64,000 nt of DNA, from NCBI GenBank assembly GCA_050261115.1, contig JBLNCY010000031.1, forward strand, positions 1 through 64,000. The letters are read 5' to 3'. Source of the stretch: Methanocella sp. Its GTDB lineage: Archaea; Thermoproteota; Bathyarchaeia; Bathyarchaeales; Bathycorpusculaceae. The notes beneath the pieces are model-generated. The model worked only from the letters and a program-made list of their open reading frames with translations, searched no databases and was not told the DNA's origin. Both the position numbers and the translations under genes were made by a program. Below, one piece after another: positions 57,490-64,000 of this stretch; the first letter of the stretch is position 1, and every line of letters begins with the position of its first letter.

Positions 57490-58791
57490 TTAGGGTTGGG
57501 CGGCGGCTTTGAGGGCTTGGTCTAGATCCTCGATGATGTCTTGGACGTCTTCGATGCCTATGGATAGTCGAATATAGTCTGGTGTGACGCCAGTGGCTGC
57601 CTGCTCTGTGGGGGTTAGTTGTTGATGGGTGGTGGAAGCTGGATGGATGATGAGGCTTTTTGTGTCTCCGATGTTGGCAAGGTGCGAAAAAAGCTTTACT
57701 GATCGGATCACTTTTTTCCCTGCTTCTAAGCCGCCTTTAACGCCAAAGCCTACCAAGCCGCCGTAGTATCCATCGAGATATTTCGAGGCGATTTTGTGGT
57801 TGGGGTTGCTGGGTAAGCCTGGATAGTTAACCCAACTGACAAGGGGGTGCTGGCTTAGGAACTGGGCTACATTGAGTGCATTTTCGCTGTGTTTGCGTTG
57901 ACGTAGCGCAAGCGTTTCTAGGCCCTGTATGAATAGCCACGCATTGAAGGGGCTCACGGCTGGACCGACATCCCGCAGAAGCGTAACCCGAGCCTTAAAC
58001 GCCAACGCGACGTTGCCTAGGCCGGGGAAGTTACCGAAGGCATCCCAGTATTTGACGCCATGGTAAGCTGGGTCGGGTTCGGTGAATTCGGGAAATTTGC
58101 CGTTGTTCCATTGGAATTTGCCGCTGTCTACGATTATTCCGCCGAGGCTTGAGCCGTTCCCAGCGATGTATTTGGTGGCGGAGAGGACAACTATGTCTGC
58201 ACCGTAATCGATGGGTGCGACTAATCCTACGCCGACGGTGTTGTCGACTACAAAGGGTATGCCTGCGTCGTGAGCGATTTCTGATAGGACTTCAAAGTCA
58301 GGGACATCCAGCTTGGGGTTGCCGATGGTTTCGGCATAGATTGCCCGTGTTTTAGCGTTGATGGCTTTTTTGAATTCCTCAGGGTTCTGTGAGTCTACAA
58401 AGGTGACTTTTCTGCCCAGTTTGGGGAAGGTGTGGTGGAAGAGTTCGTAGGTTCCTCCATAGAGGTTGTTGGCTGCGACGATTTCGTCGCCGACACGTGT
58501 TATGGTTAGGAGTGCTAGTGTGATGGCGGCTTGGCCTGAGGCGACTGCGAGCGCCGCTGTACCGCCTTCGATGGCTGCTATCCGGCGTTCAAACACGTCG
58601 GTTGTGGGGTTCATAAGTCGGGTATAGATGTTGCCGAGTTCTTTGAGCCCGAATAGGTTTGCTGCATGTTCGGGGCTTTTGAACACGTATGAAGAGGTTT
58701 GGTAGATGGGGACAGATCGCGCGCCGGTTGCTGGGTCGGGGGACTCTTGGCCGGCGTGGACGGCGATTGTGTCTATTCTTCTTTTGGTCAT
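57490..58791 (-). CDS. metY: O-acetylhomoserine aminocarboxypropyltransferase / sulfhydrylase
   Basis: [29 protein letters not shown] (PLP Lys), [19 protein letters not shown]. Confidence 0.95.
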   Translation of the reverse strand: MTKRRIDTIAVHAGQESPDPATGARSVPIYQTSSYVFKSPEHAANLFGLKELGNIYTRLMNPTTDVFERRIAAIEGGTAALAVASGQAAITLALLTITRVGDEIVAANNLYGGTYELFHHTFPKLGRKVTFVDSQNPEEFKKAINAKTRAIYAETIGNPKLDVPDFEVLSEIAHDAGIPFVVDNTVGVGLVAPIDYGADIVVLSATKYIAGNGSSLGGIIVDSGKFQWNNGKFPEFTEPDPAYHGVKYWDAFGNFPGLGNVALAFKARVTLLRDVGPAVSPFNAWLFIQGLETLALRQRKHSENALNVAQFLSQHPLVSWVNYPGLPSNPNHKIASKYLDGYYGGLVGFGVKGGLEAGKKVIRSVKLFSHLANIGDTKSLIIHPASTTHQQLTPTEQAATGVTPDYIRLSIGIEDVQDIIEDLDQALKAAAQP

Positions 58792-58831
58792 TGTTTGTTG
58801 CTCCTTGGTTTGGGTTTAAAACAAGAATGCA

Positions 58832-58844
58832 ATAACGGCGTTAT
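58832..58844. promoter_or_regulatory. Palindromic operator candidate upstream of metY
   Basis: ATAAC-GGC-GTTAT; the 13-mer taacggcgttata is identical to the site at 61706. Confidence 0.6.
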
Positions 58845-58938
58845 AATGGTTGTTGATTGTAATATTCAAAAAAGAATAAACTGCAAAAAAGAATGGAGAC
58901 CTAGGAATATGAAAAAGGGCCCCTAAGCGCCAATACGC

Positions 58939-59997
58939 CTATTCTTTGGGCGGCGTATGGTTCTCCGTCTTATAATTCTGCTGCGGAGCCGCAATCGTAA
59001 TCTTTGTTCCCGGCGGCACTGGCCCCGTAACCCACACGTTGCCACCAATTACCGAATTATCGCCCACAACGGTCTCAGCGCCAAGCAGTGTAGCACCTGA
59101 ATAGATGACCACATTGTTGCCTATAGTTGGGTGTCGTTTGCGGCCTTTGATAATGTTGCCCTTCTCGTCCTTGGGGAAGCTGAGCGCGCCAAGCGTGACG
59201 CCCTGATAGAGTTTGACATTATCGCCAATCTCAGCGGTCTCCCCAATTACCACGCCGGTACCATGATCTATAAAGAAGTTATTGCCGATTCTTGCGCCCG
59301 GATGAATGTCTATACCCGTTAAGCTGTGCATATGTTCGCTCATAATGCGCGGGATTAGGGGCACACCACTCCGGTATAGTTCATGTGCAATGCGGTAAGT
59401 GGTGATTGCAAGAACAACAGGATAGCTCAAGATGACTTCATCAGTGCTAACCGCTGCAGGATCGCCTCTGTATGCGGCTTGTACGTCGCCACTGAGTTTA
59501 GCGCGAATTTCAGGTAGCTTCTCAAGAAGCTCCCGCGCAACTACATGCGCCCGCTTCTGGCAGATGTCTTGAGCACATTCGTTGTTTTTTCTGCAGATAT
59601 ATTTGAGGCTCTTTTCTATCTGCTCGGTGAGCCTTATGTAGATGGAGTTGATTTTTATTCCAAGATTATACTTAATGTTTGCCTTGGTGAGTTCAGAGTC
59701 CCCTAGGTAACCAGGGAAAAGGACACTGAACAAATCTTCCAGTACCTCAATGACGACTTTTTTGGAGGGTAAATCGCGTCCTTCAAGGTGATCCATACCG
59801 CCGAATTTCTCGTAGCTAACCAACACTTCGTCTACGAGTTTAGGTATGCCCTTTATCATCCAGTCTTCCTCGACCTTAGGCTCTGACCGCATCAGGGTGT
59901 CTAGCATGCGCTCGGGGTTCCAGCAATCGACGTCCCGGTTTTTCTCTATACATTCTTTGCAGTCTTTTGGTCGAGTAGGGTTAGGTTCTGTCGTCAT
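58939..59997 (-). CDS. cysE: Serine O-acetyltransferase (EpsC/CysE type)
   Basis: GDPAA, YRIAH.L, TGIDIHPGA.IG, FFIDHGTGVVIGET, YQGVTLG, KRHPT. Confidence 0.94.
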   Translation of the reverse strand: MTTEPNPTRPKDCKECIEKNRDVDCWNPERMLDTLMRSEPKVEEDWMIKGIPKLVDEVLVSYEKFGGMDHLEGRDLPSKKVVIEVLEDLFSVLFPGYLGDSELTKANIKYNLGIKINSIYIRLTEQIEKSLKYICRKNNECAQDICQKRAHVVARELLEKLPEIRAKLSGDVQAAYRGDPAAVSTDEVILSYPVVLAITTYRIAHELYRSGVPLIPRIMSEHMHSLTGIDIHPGARIGNNFFIDHGTGVVIGETAEIGDNVKLYQGVTLGALSFPKDEKGNIIKGRKRHPTIGNNVVIYSGATLLGAETVVGDNSVIGGNVWVTGPVPPGTKITIAAPQQNYKTENHTPPKE

Positions 59998-60069
59998 GTC
60001 TGGTCCCTTCTCTGTATTAGTGAGTGGGACATATAAGAGAAGCGTTACAAAAAGAAAAAAGAGAGGAGT

Positions 60070-61023
60070 TTAGATGGTTGGGGGCAGGATGGGATCCTGG
60101 AACAGTACGGTACTTAGATATCGTTCGCCTGTGTCTGGCAGTATGACGACAATCATTTTATCCTTGTTTTCGGAACGCTTTGCCACTTCAAGCGCCGCCC
60201 AAGTTGCAGCCCCCGCGGAAATGCCGACAAGCAATCCCTCTTCCTGTGCAAGCAACCGTGCGGTTTTCAATGCGGCCTCATCTGTCACCCGGATAATCTC
60301 ATCTACCAACTCTATCTGAAGGGTATCTGGTTTGAATCCTGCGCCTATTCCTTGAATTTTGTGGGGTCCTTTTGTGCCGCCGCTTAGCACTGGAGACGCA
60401 GCTGGCTCAACAGCTATGGCCTTAAAGGAGGGCTTTTTAGGTTTAATGAACTGTGCTACTCCTGTTATGGTTCCGCCTGTTCCGACCCCCGCGACTATTA
60501 TATCGGCTTTGCCTTCTGTGTCTTCCCAGATTTCTGGTCCAGTGGTTTCGCGGTGGATTTTGGGGTTGGCTATGTTTTTGAATTGCTGGGGTATGAAGCT
60601 GTTAGGGGTTTGAGAGGCGAGTTCTTCGGCTTTTTTGATGGCTCCACCCATACCCTCAGGGCCAGGGGTAAGGACGAGTTGTGCACCGTATGCTTTGAGC
60701 AGGTTGCGGCGTTCAATGCTCATGGTTTCAGGCATGGTTAGGATTAGTTTGTAGCCTTTGACGGCTGCAACCATCGCTAGACCGATGCCGGTGTTTCCGC
60801 TAGTGGGTTCGATTATAGTGGCGCCGGGTTTTAGGAGGCCTTGTTTTTCGGCTTCCTCGATCATGGCTTTGCAGATGCGGTCTTTGACGCTTCCGCCGGG
60901 GTTTTTTGATTCAAGTTTGACTATGACGGTGGCGTTTGTTTCTTGGGTTAGTTTGTTTAGGCGTATGAGGGGTGTTTTTCCGATGGTTTCTAATATGTTG
61001 GTTTTTATTGTCATTGTAACCAC
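60070..61023 (-). CDS. cysK: Cysteine synthase A
   Basis: [50 protein letters not shown]. Confidence 0.96.
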   Translation of the reverse strand: MVTMTIKTNILETIGKTPLIRLNKLTQETNATVIVKLESKNPGGSVKDRICKAMIEEAEKQGLLKPGATIIEPTSGNTGIGLAMVAAVKGYKLILTMPETMSIERRNLLKAYGAQLVLTPGPEGMGGAIKKAEELASQTPNSFIPQQFKNIANPKIHRETTGPEIWEDTEGKADIIVAGVGTGGTITGVAQFIKPKKPSFKAIAVEPAASPVLSGGTKGPHKIQGIGAGFKPDTLQIELVDEIIRVTDEAALKTARLLAQEEGLLVGISAGAATWAALEVAKRSENKDKMIVVILPDTGERYLSTVLFQDPILPPTI

Positions 61024-61027
61024 GTAC

Positions 61028-61044
61028 CTATAACACTGTTATAG
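61028..61044. promoter_or_regulatory. Palindromic operator candidate between the TATA box and start of cysK
   Basis: CTATAAC-ACT-GTTATAG with perfect 7-bp arms; minus-strand TTTAAG at about 61053-61058. Confidence 0.65.
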
Positions 61045-61136
61045 TGTTTGTGCTTAAAGCCTTTATGGTAACCCCAAACCCAAGTTTAAAAAAAGCATCA
61101 ATAAAAAAGAAATTAAAACCACAATAAAAGAATACC

Positions 61137-61691
61137 CTAAAGCATCCTCAACAAATCCGCCTTGGTGATGATCCCAATAACAACACCCTTCTTGGAAACC
61201 AGAACCGCTGAATAATTCTGCAAAAGCGTAGTAATCAACGACAAAGGAGCATCCTCATTAATTTGCGGAAAAGCCTCCTCCATTATGCGCTCAGTCGGCA
61301 ACTTGGAAATTTCAGCCAAGTCTTTCCCGGCCAGAATTTCACGCAAAATTGCCTTTTCTGAAATGCTACCGACGGATTGTTTTCCGTCAAAGACGGGTAT
61401 CTGGGAGTACCCGTGTTCCTTCATGATTTTCACGACTTCAGAGACCGGTTGGGTACGTTGTATGCCTACGACGTTGGTATGCACGAGTTTCTCAGCTTGG
61501 ACTTTTGTTTTGAATTCTAGGCGTTCTAAGACGTCAAAGATGGCTCGGACTTTGGTGTAGGATGAGTCTATGGTTCCAGCTTCGAGTTTGGCGATTAGGG
61601 ATTGGCTTACGCCGGCGGCTTTGGCTAGCTCGGATTGTTTTAGGCCTAGTTGTCTGCGTCGTTTGCCTATGTCTTCTAGTGTGGGAAACAT
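61137..61691 (-). CDS. XRE-HTH + CBS-pair transcriptional regulator (COG3620-like)
   Basis: RRQLGLKQSELAKAAGVSQSLIAKLE HTH; GYSQIPV, GSISE and GIITKADLL CBS motifs. Confidence 0.9.
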   Translation of the reverse strand: MFPTLEDIGKRRRQLGLKQSELAKAAGVSQSLIAKLEAGTIDSSYTKVRAIFDVLERLEFKTKVQAEKLVHTNVVGIQRTQPVSEVVKIMKEHGYSQIPVFDGKQSVGSISEKAILREILAGKDLAEISKLPTERIMEEAFPQINEDAPLSLITTLLQNYSAVLVSKKGVVIGIITKADLLRML

Positions 61692-61704
61692 GGTTTATTG
61701 TTAG

Positions 61705-61717
61705 TTAACGGCGTTAT
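61705..61717. promoter_or_regulatory. Operator candidate overlapping the TATA box of the HTH-CBS gene
   Basis: TTAAC-GGC-GTTAT adjoining minus-strand AAAAGAATATATAA (BRE/TATA). Confidence 0.6.
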
Positions 61718-61837
61718 ATATTCTTTTTTGAATACCAAACCCTAGTCTGAAGCACCCTAGAGCACTATGCAGAGAAAAACCTGCAGAACCCCAGAAACGA
61801 CTTATAAGTATAAGCATGTTATAATCCAACGGTAACC

Positions 61838-62191
61838 ATGAACCCGCAATGCGAGATAATCGGCAAATACGTCCTACCGATATTCCGATCAATGCTAGCC
61901 AAAGAACTCGTACAAAAATACAAACTCTCCCAAACCGAAACCGCAAAAAAATTGGGCACTACCCAAGCCGCAGTCAGCCAGTATCTAAGCGCAAAACGCG
62001 CATACAAAGGAGTAGAACACGTAGAGCAGTATCTCCCCAAAATCCAGGCAATGGCTTGCCAAACTGCCAAGAAACTAGTAAACAAAGAAATTACCGCAGA
62101 CGACATTACACCTGACTTCTGCAGTCTCTGCGCAAGCTTCTGCCGGCATAGAGAGGTTCCTGAATCAGAAAAACCCGAGTATTACATATAA
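61838..62191 (+). CDS. Small HTH regulator with Cys residues (COG2522-like)
   Basis: P.CE....LP..R..LA.EL, SQ.E.A.KLG.TQAAVSQYL..KR, C-terminal FCSLC. Confidence 0.82.
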   Translation: MNPQCEIIGKYVLPIFRSMLAKELVQKYKLSQTETAKKLGTTQAAVSQYLSAKRAYKGVEHVEQYLPKIQAMACQTAKKLVNKEITADDITPDFCSLCASFCRHREVPESEKPEYYI

Positions 62192-62406
62192 GCACTCCAC
62201 AGCAACAGAGCAGTTGCCCCATTCAGGGGGTTAATGATGTTGCAGAATTTCATTTCCATCTGCTAGCATACTTAATCAAAATGGCCCGTATACAAAAGCA
62301 TCAACCAGCATACCAGTAAACAAAACGCCACCACACACCACGCAACATGCAAGGGGCAGCTAAGTCCTTATTTACCTCCACACCCTTAAAACTCATGGTG
62401 AACTTT

Positions 62407-62910
62407 ATGACTAAAACCGACGAAAACCTAAAAGAGGCGTTTGCAGGCGAATCTCAAGCAAACCGACTCTACCTCGCCTTTGCCAAAGCAGCCCAACAAG
62501 AAGGCTTTCCCCAAATCGCCAAACTCTTCAGGGCCGCAGCCGAGGCAGAAACTGTCCATGCCCAAAACCACCTAAAAGTCATGGGCCAAATCAAGACCAC
62601 AATCGACAATCTAGGCACAGCAGTCTCAGGCGAAACGTATGAGTTCACAAAAATGTACCCCCAATTCATTGAGGAAGCAAAAGCTGAAGGAAACAAACAA
62701 GCGGTCAAGAGCTTTGACTATGCCAACAAAGTGGAAGCTATCCACGCAGAGCTATACAAAAAAGCCATCGAAAGCATAAAAGCTGGCAAAGACCTCCCAG
62801 CAGCTCAGATTACGGTCTGCCCAGTCTGCGGAAACACCTTTGAAGGCACCGAACCCGATATATGCCCGATTTGCGGAACACCCAAAAGCTACTTCATGAA
62901 AATAGAATAG
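62407..62910 (+). CDS. rbr: Rubrerythrin
   Basis: NL..AFAGESQA, AE.VHA, GE.YE...MYP, VE..H; C-terminal CPVCG...CPICG rubredoxin site. Confidence 0.94.
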   Translation: MTKTDENLKEAFAGESQANRLYLAFAKAAQQEGFPQIAKLFRAAAEAETVHAQNHLKVMGQIKTTIDNLGTAVSGETYEFTKMYPQFIEEAKAEGNKQAVKSFDYANKVEAIHAELYKKAIESIKAGKDLPAAQITVCPVCGNTFEGTEPDICPICGTPKSYFMKIE

Positions 62911-62977
62911 GCCAAAGCCTAACTAACCTAACTTTTTATTTTAAGGATTACTTAACGTCGTCTAAAAAGGAAAGGGG

Positions 62978-64000
62978 TTAGGCTTTGATTTTTTGGCCGA
63001 TTGCTTGGCCGAATTCAAAGCACTTCTTTAGCTCCTCAGCGGTTGGAACCCACTTTAACTCCATAGTCGGCTCTTGGGTTTCGAGGCCAAACTCTTTTGC
63101 CATCTTGACCATGCCTCGGACTGCGCCGCCGCCCCAACCGTAGCTTCCAAAAAAGTACCATGCCTTCCCTTTGGGCTTCAAGCCGCCAGCATAAGTCAAA
63201 AACGAGCCCAGAGAGGGAAACATCCCGTTGTTAAGGGTTGGCGAGCCAACTACGACTGCTTTTGCATCCACAATCTCAGTGACAAGGTCGGTGTTGTCGT
63301 TGCATCTTAGCTTGAGCAGTTTGACCTCAACTCCTTGACTTGCGATGCCTTCACCGATTGCGCGTGCCATCTTGTCGGTGCTGCCCCACATGGTATCGAA
63401 TACGACTACCGCTTTGTTTTTCACGATTTTGCCTGTACACCAATCGAGGTATGCGTTTATGATTTTCATGGGGTCTTTGCGCCATATGATGCCGTGGCTT
63501 GGGGCTATGATGTCGATGGGTAGCTTCATGGCTACGACTTCTTGGATCTTTTTAACGATAAGCGGCGAGAACGGTGTTAGGATGTTTGCGTAGTATGTAA
63601 CTGCCTCTTCCATGAGGATTTTCTCATCCACTTCGTCGTCGAATCGTCCTGAACTTGCAAGGTGCTGGCCAAACGCGTCGTTAGGTAGAAGTATTTTGTC
63701 TTCAATTATGTAAGTGAACATGCTATCAGGCCAATGTAGCATTGGCGCCTCAAGGAAAGTCAGCGTCTTTTGTCCCAACGAGATTTTGTCGCCAGACTTG
63801 ACGACCTCTATGCGCTCAAACTCTGATCCGTAATGCTTGATGAGTTCTTCTTTGCCTCTGGCAGTCGAGTAAATTTTGGCTTGCGGTGCAAGGCGGGCAA
63901 CGATGGGTAGGCTGCTTGAGTGGTCCATCTCTACATGGTTGACGATTATGTAGTCGATTTTCTCAAGTGGCGTGTGTTCTTTGATGTGTTCGATGAGTTC
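62978..64000 (-). CDS. fprA: Flavodiiron protein FprA (5' end outside window)
   Basis: Frame is open to the window edge: NHVEMDH, HWPD, DAFGQH, PSHG, then flavodoxin TMWGST and FGSYGW.GG. Confidence 0.95.
   Translation of the reverse strand, partial: ELIEHIKEHTPLEKIDYIIVNHVEMDHSSSLPIVARLAPQAKIYSTARGKEELIKHYGSEFERIEVVKSGDKISLGQKTLTFLEAPMLHWPDSMFTYIIEDKILLPNDAFGQHLASSGRFDDEVDEKILMEEAVTYYANILTPFSPLIVKKIQEVVAMKLPIDIIAPSHGIIWRKDPMKIINAYLDWCTGKIVKNKAVVVFDTMWGSTDKMARAIGEGIASQGVEVKLLKLRCNDNTDLVTEIVDAKAVVVGSPTLNNGMFPSLGSFLTYAGGLKPKGKAWYFFGSYGWGGGAVRGMVKMAKEFGLETQEPTMELKWVPTAEELKKCFEFGQAIGQKIKA

Overview
Gene-dense archaeal chromosomal segment, most consistent with Bathyarchaeia. That assignment is an inference from eS26, eS17, eS1, an HMf-type histone, Alba, a complete archaeal ACDS/CODH operon, CofD and expanded beta-propeller surface proteins. 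The window holds a de novo purine operon (purF-purD-[HAD]-[Ftr-like]-[PfkB]-purM-purS-purL'), a TIR-domain gene next to tRNA-Gly(CCC), cooC-cdhABCDE, hypA with an Mrp-type hypB, EndoQ-TldD-PmbA, two Asp-box surface proteins, a GH57/GT4 glucan cluster, tRNA-Leu(GAG), a cysK-cysE-metY-metX-metW block with an HTH-CBS regulator, rubrerythrin and FprA. Top candidate for a new system: a translationally coupled HAD phosphatase / divergent formyltransferase (Ftr paralog) / PfkB kinase triad sits between purD and purM/S/L, where GAR formyltransferase (PurN/PurT) belongs. This suggests a methanopterin- or methanofuran-dependent route to FGAR. Other signals: apparent non-AUG starts (purF ACG, cdhD ACG, rps17e CTG, metX), a dispersed intergenic element in three copies, a TAAC-N3-GTTA operator for the Cys/Met genes, and a single in-frame TAG splitting a surface-protein gene. 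No CRISPR array, transposase or integrase was seen. All family calls come from motif recognition by eye, not database searches.
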